A stretch of 64,000 nt of DNA from an uncultured Alphaproteobacteria bacterium (lineage in GTDB: Bacteria; Pseudomonadota; Alphaproteobacteria; HIMB59; GCA-002718135): positions 92,489 through 156,488 of the forward strand of contig CACMKW010000001.1 in the NCBI GenBank assembly GCA_902614395.1, written 5' to 3'. The position numbers were made by a program, and so were the translations under genes. Below are positions 19,650-28,627 of the stretch, piece after piece. Each line of letters starts with the position of its first letter. The first letter of the stretch is position 1. The notes beneath the pieces were generated by a model. That model was not told the origin of the DNA and ran no database searches. It saw nothing but the letters and a program-made list of their open reading frames with translations.

Positions 19650-21071
19650 ATGGTAGCCACTTATGGAATTCATTGGTTTAGACAAGATTTGCGATTACAA
19701 GAAAATCCATCTTTATTGTCACTTTCAAAAAAAGTTGATCAGATAATTCCAATTTATATTTTAGATTTAAATCAAAGAATTGGATCCACATCCAAATGGT
19801 GGTTAGAAAAATCCTTAATTAGTTTATATGACTCAATACAAAAACAAAATGGCAAACTAAATATATTTGCTGGTGATCCAGAGAAAATTATATCTTCAAT
19901 ATTAAAGAATTCAAATGTTAAATATGTATCCTGGAATAGACTATATGATCCATATTCAATTAAAAGAGATACTAAAATTAAATCTATAGTTACCTCATCT
20001 AAAATAGAATGCGACTCACACAATGGATATCTTTTAAATGAACCTTGGAATATTAAAAATAAAAGTGGAACCTTTTTTAAAGTATTTACGCCTTACTGGC
20101 GACATTGTGATGAGCTACTAAAACTAAAAGATATTAAATTTAAAAATACAAAAATAAGCTACGCCAATTCAAAATTTAAAAATGAAATAACTATACAAGA
20201 TTTAAATCTAACAAACAAAAAAGAGCAATGGATCAAAAAAATTGAAAAATATTGGATACCTGGTGAAAGTAATGCAAAATTACAATTAAAAAAATATATT
20301 TCGCAAAAAGCAAATAACTATTCAGTTGGAAGAGATAGACCCGATAAAGATTTAACTTCAAAATTATCTCCTTATCTTCATTTTGGAGAAATTTCTGCTT
20401 TAGAAGTTTATAATACTGTAAATATTGAAAAAAAAATTGATCCTGAAAATAAAAAAAAATTTCTTGCTGAACTTGGCTGGAGAGATTTTTCTTATAATCT
20501 TTTATTTCATTATCCAGATATGACTCATAAACCCATACAAAGTAAATTTAATAAATTTCCATGGATTAAAAATGCTAAAAATCTATCATTATGGCATAAT
20601 GGTAAAACTGGTATTCCAATTGTTGATGCTGGAATGAGACAACTATATAAAACAGGCTGGATGCATAATAGAGTAAGAATGATTGTAGGGTCGTTTTTAA
20701 CAAAAAATTTATTGTTACACTGGAAAAATGGAGAAGAGTGGTTTTTTGATACTTTAGTTGATGCTGATGTTGGGTCTAATTCTGCAGGTTGGCAGTGGAT
20801 CTCTGGTTGTGGTGCTGATGCAAGTCCATATTTTAGAATTTTTAATCCAATATTGCAGGGTCAAAAATTTGATCCAGATGGTGATTATGTAAAAGAATTT
20901 GTTCCTGAGTTGAATAATATTCCAAAAAAATATATTCATAATCCTTGGGAGATGTCTATGGAGGATCAAAAGAAATATAATTTTGAGATTGGTACTTCAT
21001 ATCCAACACCAATTGTAGATTTAAAAGAAACAAGAAATAGAGCACTATCAGCGTTTAAAACTATTAGTTGA
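19650..21071 (+). CDS. phrB: deoxyribodipyrimidine photolyase (class I CPD photolyase/cryptochrome family)
   Basis: 473 aa. IHWFRQDLRL start, ELGWRDFSYNLL, TGIPIVDAGMRQLYKTGWMHNRVRMIVGSFLTKNL, GWQWISGCGADASPYFRIFNP. Confidence 0.93.
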   Translation: MVATYGIHWFRQDLRLQENPSLLSLSKKVDQIIPIYILDLNQRIGSTSKWWLEKSLISLYDSIQKQNGKLNIFAGDPEKIISSILKNSNVKYVSWNRLYDPYSIKRDTKIKSIVTSSKIECDSHNGYLLNEPWNIKNKSGTFFKVFTPYWRHCDELLKLKDIKFKNTKISYANSKFKNEITIQDLNLTNKKEQWIKKIEKYWIPGESNAKLQLKKYISQKANNYSVGRDRPDKDLTSKLSPYLHFGEISALEVYNTVNIEKKIDPENKKKFLAELGWRDFSYNLLFHYPDMTHKPIQSKFNKFPWIKNAKNLSLWHNGKTGIPIVDAGMRQLYKTGWMHNRVRMIVGSFLTKNLLLHWKNGEEWFFDTLVDADVGSNSAGWQWISGCGADASPYFRIFNPILQGQKFDPDGDYVKEFVPELNNIPKKYIHNPWEMSMEDQKKYNFEIGTSYPTPIVDLKETRNRALSAFKTIS

Positions 21072-21072
21072 T

Positions 21073-22368
21073 GTGAGAGAAAAAATAGCAATTATTGGTT
21101 CTGGTATCTCAGGAATAAGTGCAGCTTACCTTTTGTCTTCTAAATATGATGTTTATTTATTTGAAAAAAATAATAGATTGGGGGGGCATACAAGAACTAT
21201 TTATGTTGAAGAATCAACAAAGACAATCCCAGTCGATACAGGGTTTATTGTATTCAATGAAAATAATTATCCAGATTTAACAAATTTTTTTAAATTACTT
21301 GATGTGAAATGCAATAATTCAGATATGTCTTTTGCTGTCTCAAATCAAGATCCTCAAATTGAATATAGTGGCAAAAATATATTTTCTCTTTTTGCTAATT
21401 TTAGAAATGTGTTTTCTTTTAATTTTTATAAAATGTTATTTGAAATAAGAAAACTTTATTTATTATGTAATAGCTTGAATGTTAGTGATTTAGAGCAAAC
21501 TAAAACCTTAAATGATTTTTTAAAAACTAATAATTTTTCAAATTACCTCATAAATTATCATATTTTACCTATGATATCATCTATATGGTCAAGCAATATA
21601 AGTGATGTAAAAAATTTTCCTCTGATAACATTCATTAGTTTTTTTAAAAATCATGCTTTATTTAATTTAAAAAAAAGACCTCAATGGAAATATGTAGAAG
21701 GCGGTAGTAATGAATATATAAAAAAAATTATTAATAAAAATGTTTTTGAGTATGAAATAAATTTCAAAATTAAAAAAATTATCAGAGAAAATAATAAAAT
21801 TAAAATAGAAGATGAGAAAAATAATATATTAGAATTTCATAAGATAATATTCGCAACCCATGCAAATCAAGTATTGGATATTTTGGAAAAACCAACAGAA
21901 GAAGAAGTAAAAATATTTTCACAATTTAAATATTCAACTAATTCAGCAATACTTCACTCCGATCACTCTTTAATGCCTAAATCAAAAATTGCTTGGTCAA
22001 GTTGGAATTTTTTAAATAAGTCATCATCTTCTAAATTTACTTTAACTTATTGGATGAATTTCTTGCAAAAATTACCAACTAAAAAAAATTATTTTGTAAC
22101 TGTTAATCCATATAAAAAGCCTAAAAATATAATTAACGAAACATCATTTAATCATCCAATATATACTACCGATACTATTTTAGCTCAAAAAAATGTTATG
22201 GAAATCCAAGGAAAGAATAATACTTTTTTCTGTGGAGCTTATCTTGGATATGGTTTTCATGAAGACGGCATTCAATCATCTTCTTATATTTGTAAATTGT
22301 TAAATTGTGATTTACCTTGGAAGAGAGAGAAAAATTTTTATAATAGATTGCAAATTAATTTTAAATGA
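21073..22368 (+). CDS. FAD/NAD(P)-binding amine-oxidase-like oxidoreductase (COG2907 type)
   Basis: 431 aa. GTG start 1 nt after the phr stop. Dinucleotide fold KIAIIGSGISGISAAYLL...LFEKNNRLGGHTRT. C-terminal FFCGAYLGYGFHEDG. Confidence 0.8.
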   Translation: MREKIAIIGSGISGISAAYLLSSKYDVYLFEKNNRLGGHTRTIYVEESTKTIPVDTGFIVFNENNYPDLTNFFKLLDVKCNNSDMSFAVSNQDPQIEYSGKNIFSLFANFRNVFSFNFYKMLFEIRKLYLLCNSLNVSDLEQTKTLNDFLKTNNFSNYLINYHILPMISSIWSSNISDVKNFPLITFISFFKNHALFNLKKRPQWKYVEGGSNEYIKKIINKNVFEYEINFKIKKIIRENNKIKIEDEKNNILEFHKIIFATHANQVLDILEKPTEEEVKIFSQFKYSTNSAILHSDHSLMPKSKIAWSSWNFLNKSSSSKFTLTYWMNFLQKLPTKKNYFVTVNPYKKPKNIINETSFNHPIYTTDTILAQKNVMEIQGKNNTFFCGAYLGYGFHEDGIQSSSYICKLLNCDLPWKREKNFYNRLQINFK

Positions 22369-23138
22369 TTTCTCAAATTCTATTATCTAGTATTATTCAT
22401 AAAAGATTTATTCCATTTAAACACACATTGAAATATGAGGTACCAAGTCTTTTTATTAATTTGGATAATCTTGATCAATTAAGTAAAAACTATAAACTTT
22501 TTTCATTAAACTCTTTTAATTTTTTTTCTATTTATGAAAAAGATCATGGATATAGAGACAAAAGGTCAATAAAGACATTCGTTAAAGATTCCCTCTCTAA
22601 ATTTAATATTAAATATAAACATCTTAATATAATGATATTATGTTTTCCAAGAATTTTGGGATATGTATTTGATCCCTTATCAATTATATATTGTTATGAT
22701 GATAAAAAATTAATATCTATTTTCTATGAAGTCAAAAATACGACCAATGAACAACATACATATATTTTTAAAGGAAATGTAAATTTTGAAGATTTTAAAT
22801 TATCTCATGAATGTGCAAAGCAGTTTTATGTATCTCCATTCATAGAAATGGAGGCAAATTATAAATTTTTTAATCGAATGCAAAAAGATAAAATAAATAT
22901 AAACATTGATCTTTATGATAAAAATAATAAAAAAGTTCTAACAGCTACTCAGCATGGCAAATTTATAGATTTTAACTCAAAAAATATGTTTAAATTTTTA
23001 TATTATAATCCACTTTTAGGCTTCAAGGTAATGGCTGGAATTCTTTATGAGGCTTTAAAAATAATTTACAAAGGTGGTAAATATTATGCACGAAATAAGA
23101 AGCCAAATGATACAGTGAGTTTTGAAGGTAATTTTTAA
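22365..23138 (+). CDS. DUF1365 family protein
   Basis: 257 aa. IHKRFIPFKHTLKYEVPSLFINLDNL and FNFFSIYEKDHG match the DUF1365 pattern (HxRxxPxxHxFxY...L.LDE..., F...DHG). 4-nt overlap with the upstream gene. Confidence 0.75.
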   Translation: MISQILLSSIIHKRFIPFKHTLKYEVPSLFINLDNLDQLSKNYKLFSLNSFNFFSIYEKDHGYRDKRSIKTFVKDSLSKFNIKYKHLNIMILCFPRILGYVFDPLSIIYCYDDKKLISIFYEVKNTTNEQHTYIFKGNVNFEDFKLSHECAKQFYVSPFIEMEANYKFFNRMQKDKININIDLYDKNNKKVLTATQHGKFIDFNSKNMFKFLYYNPLLGFKVMAGILYEALKIIYKGGKYYARNKKPNDTVSFEGNF

Positions 23139-24332
23139 ATGAATTTTTTTAAAACAAATTTTGATAAAACTGTCAAAAAATTATTAGTAAACTTTTTATC
23201 TAAAATTCGATATGGAAAATTAACAGTTCAATTTCCAACTGGCGAGGAGAGAGTTTTTGCCGGAAAAGAGGAGGATATATCTGCAAATATAAAAATTCAT
23301 AATTATAATTTTTTAAATTTAATTTTTAAAAAAGGTTCTGTAGGTTTTGCAGAAGCCTATATGAATGGTTATTTTTCAAGCACCGATTTAACTAATTTAT
23401 TACTACTTTCTCACAAAAATGAGAGTTATTTTTTACAAAGTATAAATACTAATCTTTTTTTTGCTACTTTTGCCAAATTAAAGCATTTTTTAAATAACAA
23501 TTCAAAATCACAGAGTAAAAAAAATATTAAATATCATTATGATTTAGGAAATAATTTTTACGAAAAGTGGTTAGATAAAACCATGACCTATTCTTCTGCT
23601 CTTTTTGATAATAAGAATACCAATTTATCGGATGCACAATTTAACAAATATAGAAAAATTGCTGAAACTTTATCATTAGACTCAAATTCTAAAACTTTAG
23701 AAATTGGATGTGGATGGGGAGGTTTTTCATCATTTGTAGCGAAAAATTACAATTGTTCAGTTGATGCTATAACTATTTCTAAAGAACAATACGAATATGC
23801 TTCTGAAAAAATTCAAAATGAAGGTTTGTCTGAAAAAGTATCAGTTATATTCAGAGATTATAGGGATATCAAAAAAAAATATTCAAATATTGTTTCAATT
23901 GAAATGTTTGAAGCAGTTGGGAAGAAATACTGGCATAATTACTTTGATACAATTCATAATTCTCTCAACGATGGCGGTATGGCTGCACTACAAGTCATAA
24001 CTATTGATGAAAAAAAGGCTAAAGATTATCAAAACAGACCAGATTTTATTCAACAATATATTTTTCCAGGCGGAATGCTTCCAACTAAAAAACAATTTGA
24101 ATATTCGGCAAAACACGTTGGATTAAAATGTATTGAAAATCTAAGTTTCGGTGGCTCTTATGCAAAAACACTTAAAATGTGGAATAAACAATTTCAAAAA
24201 TCTTGGAATGATTTATCTCAGTTTGGTTTTGATATTAAATTTAAAAGAATGTGGGAATTTTATCTATCTTATTGTGAAACAGGTTTTGCAAATAGTTCAA
24301 CCGATGTTTCTCATTTCTTAATTCAAAAATAG
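23139..24332 (+). CDS. cyclopropane-fatty-acyl-phospholipid synthase-family SAM methyltransferase
   Basis: 397 aa. HYDLGNNFYEKWLDKTMTYSSALF and SAM motif LEIGCGWGGFSSFVAKNY. C-terminal WEFYLSYCETGF. Starts directly after the DUF1365 stop. Confidence 0.88.
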   Translation: MNFFKTNFDKTVKKLLVNFLSKIRYGKLTVQFPTGEERVFAGKEEDISANIKIHNYNFLNLIFKKGSVGFAEAYMNGYFSSTDLTNLLLLSHKNESYFLQSINTNLFFATFAKLKHFLNNNSKSQSKKNIKYHYDLGNNFYEKWLDKTMTYSSALFDNKNTNLSDAQFNKYRKIAETLSLDSNSKTLEIGCGWGGFSSFVAKNYNCSVDAITISKEQYEYASEKIQNEGLSEKVSVIFRDYRDIKKKYSNIVSIEMFEAVGKKYWHNYFDTIHNSLNDGGMAALQVITIDEKKAKDYQNRPDFIQQYIFPGGMLPTKKQFEYSAKHVGLKCIENLSFGGSYAKTLKMWNKQFQKSWNDLSQFGFDIKFKRMWEFYLSYCETGFANSSTDVSHFLIQK

Positions 24333-24334
24333 AA

Positions 24335-24847
24335 ATGCAAAAACTAAAAGTATTTTTAGTCTTAACTGGCTATCAACTTACTTGGTTAGCCTGTGTATTT
24401 GGTGAAACAAAATTTTCTAATTCTATGTTGGGCATTTGGGTTGGAATTATTTTTTTACTAACTTATTTTTATTTTAATCATAATAGACAAAAATTTATTA
24501 AGATTTCACTTTTGATTTCAGTTCCAGGATATTTTTTTGATACTTTATTAGTTTATTTCCAAATTTACGATTTTGAAACTATTGCTAAACTTGGCACTCT
24601 GCCATTATGGATGATTGTTTTATGGTTTAGTTTTAGCACTCTTTTTGATGAAATTCTTACTTTTTTTAAAAGTTATAAAATTTTAGGAATTATTTTAAGT
24701 GGAGTTTTAGGACCTTTAACCTATTATCTTGGTGAGCCTATCGGAGTTATTAAAATATATAACTTTCAGATTTTTATTATTTCAATGGTATTATTTTGGA
24801 TGATCTTGATGTTCTATTATCTAAATTACGTTATAAAAAATAATTAA
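24335..24847 (+). CDS. DUF2878-like small polytopic membrane protein
   Basis: 170 aa, about 5 hydrophobic segments. Last gene of the phr-linked cluster, where DUF2878 is usually found. The family call rests partly on position. Confidence 0.55.
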   Translation: MQKLKVFLVLTGYQLTWLACVFGETKFSNSMLGIWVGIIFLLTYFYFNHNRQKFIKISLLISVPGYFFDTLLVYFQIYDFETIAKLGTLPLWMIVLWFSFSTLFDEILTFFKSYKILGIILSGVLGPLTYYLGEPIGVIKIYNFQIFIISMVLFWMILMFYYLNYVIKNN

Positions 24848-25410
24848 TTTTCTTGATCTACTTTTTTTGTTCTAGTTCTATTTAAAGTTCTTTCGAGATC
24901 CTTATAAGTACATAAACCAACATCCATTGGACTCTTTGCTTCAAGAACTGCTTCTCTGTATGTACCATTTCTTATAGCATCTACTGTATTTTTTGTTGAG
25001 CCGGTAAGTTTTGCAATTTGAGAACTACTTAATTCAGTCGGATATCTTTTTATAAGCCACAAAATAGCATATGGCTTTTCTTGTCGTAAAGAAAGAGGGG
25101 TATATTTAGAATCTTTTTTTCTTGGCGGTAAATCTTCAATTACATCAGACTTAATAAGACTCAAACGAGCTGCATTATCTTTTTCACATCTTTCAATTTC
25201 TTCTTTTGTTAATTGATTATTATCAATAGGATCGTAACCTCTCATACCGACAGCAACTTCTCCATCAGCAATTCCTTGAACCTCTAATTCATGTAATCCA
25301 CAGAATTCGGCTATCTGATCGAACGTTAAAGCTGTATTTTCTACTAACCATATCGCTGTTGCTTTTGGCATTAAAGGATATTTCATAACTGGCTCATATA
25401 ATATAATCAA
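24844..25410 (-). CDS. DUF1013 protein (TrcR-like alphaproteobacterial cell-cycle transcriptional regulator)
   Basis: PLMPKATAIWLVENTALTFDQIAEFCGLHELEVQGIADGEVA is the DUF1013 N-terminal signature. The true start is probably the internal ATG at 25386 (MKYPLMPKAT), not the longest-ORF start at 25410. Confidence 0.8.
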   Translation of the reverse strand: MIILYEPVMKYPLMPKATAIWLVENTALTFDQIAEFCGLHELEVQGIADGEVAVGMRGYDPIDNNQLTKEEIERCEKDNAARLSLIKSDVIEDLPPRKKDSKYTPLSLRQEKPYAILWLIKRYPTELSSSQIAKLTGSTKNTVDAIRNGTYREAVLEAKSPMDVGLCTYKDLERTLNRTRTKKVDQEN

Positions 25411-25436
25411 AAAATAATATATAACAAAATATCACT

Positions 25437-25619
25437 ATGACAGATTTTTTTGAAGTTGATGAAAAACAAAAGACGGTTAAAATATTAAATTTAGTTGATT
25501 TCAGTGTTGAGGATTTACAAAACTATATTTCTGAACTTCAAACTGAAATACTAAGAGTTAAAGATGAGATAAAAAAGAAGAAAGATTTAAAACTTAATGC
25601 TGAAAAGTTTTTTAAATAA
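25437..25619 (+). CDS. DUF1192-like small coiled-coil protein
   Basis: 60 aa. DFSVEDLQNYISELQTEILRVKDEIKKK...AEKFF matches the DUF1192 pattern (LSVEEL..RI..L..EI.RL..E...AE.LF). Confidence 0.65.
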   Translation: MTDFFEVDEKQKTVKILNLVDFSVEDLQNYISELQTEILRVKDEIKKKKDLKLNAEKFFK

Positions 25620-25847
25620 TTATTTATTAATTTTTAGACCTTTAAATCTTTTTTGGAATCTAGCTACTTGTCCTTCAGATTCATTAAGACCAGCTTTACC
25701 ACCGGTCCATGCAGGATGAGATTTAGAATCAATTTCTAATTTAAGAGTATCACCTTCTTTACCCCAAGTAGATCTAGTTTTAAAAGTAGATCCATCAGTC
25801 ATAACAACGTTTATTTCATGATATTTAGGATGTATATCTTTTTTCAT
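25620..25847 (-). CDS. rpmE: 50S ribosomal protein L31 (Cys-less form)
   Basis: 75 aa. [27 protein letters not shown]...SHPAWTGG is the L31 signature. The zinc-binding Cys pairs are absent. Confidence 0.92.
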   Translation of the reverse strand: MKKDIHPKYHEINVVMTDGSTFKTRSTWGKEGDTLKLEIDSKSHPAWTGGKAGLNESEGQVARFQKRFKGLKINK

Positions 25848-25871
25848 GCCTGCTTTATATTTATATAGATT

Positions 25872-26648
25872 TCAAAGTAAAGTAAGTTTTTTAACTAATT
25901 CATTATGAATTTTATTATTTGAAGCAACTAAATCACGAGAATTTATCTCCCATGCTTTTCCATCTATTTTAGAAATTCTTCCACCAGCTTCTTTAACTAA
26001 AAGAATGCCCGTTGAAACATCCCACAAATTTAGATCTTTTTCCCAAAAACCATCTAATTTACCAGAGGCAACATAAGCAAGATCAAGGCCTGCTGAACCG
26101 AGTCTTCTTATTCCTGCAGATGATTTTAGGATTTCATCAATCTCACTTAAATAGTTTTTATAAATTCTTTCTCCAAACGGAAGACCAGTGCCTATCAAGC
26201 AATCTGAAAAAATTTGCCTGTTTGACACTCTAAGTCTACTATTATTACACCACGAACCTTTACCCTTAGAACTCCAAAAAAATTCGTTTAAAATTGGATT
26301 ATAAATCACACCGTCTGTGATTTCATTATTTGACATTTTAGCAACGATTATTCCAACATGTGGTATTCCATGTATAAAATTTGAGGTACCATCAATTGGG
26401 TCAATAATAATTGTGTTTTCATTACCTTTTATTTCACCAGTTTCTTCAGTTATGTAAGTATAATCTGGATAATAATATTTTAGAGTTTCTAATAGTGTTT
26501 TTTCTACTTTAATATCTGCATTTGTTACAAAATCTCCAACTGATTTGGATTGTATTTGTAAATTTTCTAATTCTCCAAAATCTCTTAATAATATTTTACC
26601 AGCTTTTTTTACAGCCTTTTCAAAGATATTAATTACTGCAGGCTGCAT
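25872..26648 (-). CDS. suhB: inositol monophosphatase family protein
   Basis: 258 aa. Motifs ITEETGE, IIDPIDGTSNFIHG, WDVSTGILLVKEAGG. Confidence 0.9.
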   Translation of the reverse strand: MQPAVINIFEKAVKKAGKILLRDFGELENLQIQSKSVGDFVTNADIKVEKTLLETLKYYYPDYTYITEETGEIKGNENTIIIDPIDGTSNFIHGIPHVGIIVAKMSNNEITDGVIYNPILNEFFWSSKGKGSWCNNSRLRVSNRQIFSDCLIGTGLPFGERIYKNYLSEIDEILKSSAGIRRLGSAGLDLAYVASGKLDGFWEKDLNLWDVSTGILLVKEAGGRISKIDGKAWEINSRDLVASNNKIHNELVKKLTLL

Positions 26649-27217
26649 TAATTTTTTGATTTTTCGATATAACTACCGTCAATTGTACTTATTACTATTT
26701 TGTCATTAACTGCAATAAATTGAGGTACAGATGTTTTAATATTCTTTTCTAAAATAGCAGGTTTATATGATGAAGCAGCTGTTTGACCTTTTACAACACC
26801 TTCAGTTTCTACAACAGTTAATTCTACAGTATCAGGCAAGTCAATTCCGACTGGTTTTTCATTATAGAAATTAATAATAACATTACTATTCTCAACTAAA
26901 AATTTTGATTGATCCTCAGTTAATATGTCTGAGCCAAGTTCTATTTGTTCATAAGTTTGTTTATCCATGAATATAAAATTATTATTATCATCATAAAGAT
27001 ATTGAAATTCTTTTTCATCAAGGATAGCTCTTTCTACTGTTTCTGATGATCTAAACCTACTATTCATTTTAGTACCTTCTCTTATTTCTTTAAGTTCAGC
27101 CTGTAAGTAGGCACCACCTTTTCCTGGTTGAGTATGCTGGGTTTTCAAAACTTTCCAAAGCTTGTTATTAATCTCTAAAATATTTCCAACTTTAATTTCA
27201 TTTCCATCTATTTTCAT
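26648..27217 (-). CDS. efp: translation elongation factor P
   Basis: 189 aa. GNILEINNKLWKVLKTQHTQPGKGGAYLQAELKEIREG carries the conserved KPGKG-type loop. Three-domain length. Confidence 0.93.
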   Translation of the reverse strand: MKIDGNEIKVGNILEINNKLWKVLKTQHTQPGKGGAYLQAELKEIREGTKMNSRFRSSETVERAILDEKEFQYLYDDNNNFIFMDKQTYEQIELGSDILTEDQSKFLVENSNVIINFYNEKPVGIDLPDTVELTVVETEGVVKGQTAASSYKPAILEKNIKTSVPQFIAVNDKIVISTIDGSYIEKSKN

Positions 27218-27612
27218 AGTTTAATCTTAAGTTTTTTTTGTATATTTTTAATTTTCGTAAGGTCTACTACATCAAAAGTTGGATTTAATAAAACCTTATT
27301 TTTTTTAGCAATTTGATTAATTTTATTTAAGATGATTTTATTATTTTTTAATTTTAAATAATCAATATTTTCGTGAGTTAATAATATACTAAGACCTTGA
27401 TCATAGCCTGAGTCGATAAAAAACTTAATATTGTGTGTCTTATATTTATTTTTAATATAGTTTATTAACGTTCTGAGCCACTCTATATCAAAACCTTTAA
27501 TTAAAAAATATTTTATAAATATAATCGTAGTTTTGAACTTTGATTTTCGAAATTCTATTAAACTTTCAATTTGTGTTAGCGTAGATACTGCAAAACAAAT
27601 TTTTTTAGGCAC
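27214..27612 (-). CDS. hypothetical protein (no ATG anywhere in the ORF; GTG start inferred)
   Basis: A 132-codon open frame in about 30% GC DNA is very unlikely by chance. No internal Met. GTG at 27612..27610 shares one base with the gap stop (TAGTG). 4-nt overlap with efp. No family recognised by eye. Confidence 0.5.
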   Translation of the reverse strand: MPKKICFAVSTLTQIESLIEFRKSKFKTTIIFIKYFLIKGFDIEWLRTLINYIKNKYKTHNIKFFIDSGYDQGLSILLTHENIDYLKLKNNKIILNKINQIAKKNKVLLNPTFDVVDLTKIKNIQKKLKIKL

Positions 27613-28616
27613 TAAATAAATTTTTTAAGATTAACCATAGTGTCTACCATTCTATTTGAAAATCCCCATTCATTATCATACCAAGATAAAACTCTACAGA
27701 ATTTGTCTTTGACAACTTGTGTTTGACTCATATCAAATACTGAACTGCTAGAATTATGATTAAAATCGATTGAAACTAGAGGCAATGAGTTTGTTGTTAG
27801 AATGCCATTTAATTCTTTAGTTTTTGAAGCTTGGAGAACTATAGAATTAATTTTTTCTGGGCTAGTTTTTTTCTTACTTACAAATGTAAGATCTATAAGC
27901 GAGACATTTGGAGTAGGCACTCTAATAGCTGTCCCATCTAGTTTACCTTTTAATTTTGGTAACACTAGACTCAAAGCCTTTGCAGCTCCTGTAGAAGTCG
28001 GTATCATTGACTCAGCCGCAGCCCTCGCTCTTCTAAAGTCAGAATGGGTTTGATCTACAGTTCTTTGATCACCCGTGTAACTATGAATTGTTGTCATGAA
28101 ACCGCTTTCAATTCCTAATTTTTTATCAAGAACCATAGCTAAAGGAGCAAGACAGTTAGTAGTACAAGATCCGTTTGAAATTACGTTATGATTTTTTTTA
28201 ATGGTATTGTTATTTACACCTTGAACAATTGTGGCATCTACATTTGAAGCTGGTGCTGAAATAATAACTTTTTTTGCTCCTGCATTTAAATGAGAAATCG
28301 CCTTTTCTTTTGAAGTAAAAACACCACTACATTCGAGAACAACATCTACCTTGAGTGATTTCCAAGGAAGGTTATTTGGATCTCTTTCGGAATAAAAATT
28401 AATTTTATGTTTACCAATTTTTAATCCATTTTTGATTGAACTAATCTCATCTTTAAGAATACCATGTACACTGTCATATTTAAGTAAGTGAGCACTGCTC
28501 TCAACACTTCCTAGTTCATTAATAGCTACAATATTTATATCTTTAGGATTTTTCTCTAATAAAGCTCTAAAAACAAGTTTTCCAATTCTCCCAAATCCAT
28601 TTATTGCAACTTTCAT
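27612..28616 (-). CDS. gap: glyceraldehyde-3-phosphate dehydrogenase
   Basis: 334 aa. MKVAINGFGRIGK, active site SNGSCTTNCLAP, WYDNEWGFS. Confidence 0.95.
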   Translation of the reverse strand: MKVAINGFGRIGKLVFRALLEKNPKDINIVAINELGSVESSAHLLKYDSVHGILKDEISSIKNGLKIGKHKINFYSERDPNNLPWKSLKVDVVLECSGVFTSKEKAISHLNAGAKKVIISAPASNVDATIVQGVNNNTIKKNHNVISNGSCTTNCLAPLAMVLDKKLGIESGFMTTIHSYTGDQRTVDQTHSDFRRARAAAESMIPTSTGAAKALSLVLPKLKGKLDGTAIRVPTPNVSLIDLTFVSKKKTSPEKINSIVLQASKTKELNGILTTNSLPLVSIDFNHNSSSSVFDMSQTQVVKDKFCRVLSWYDNEWGFSNRMVDTMVNLKKFI

Positions 28617-28627
28617 ATTTCTCCTTT

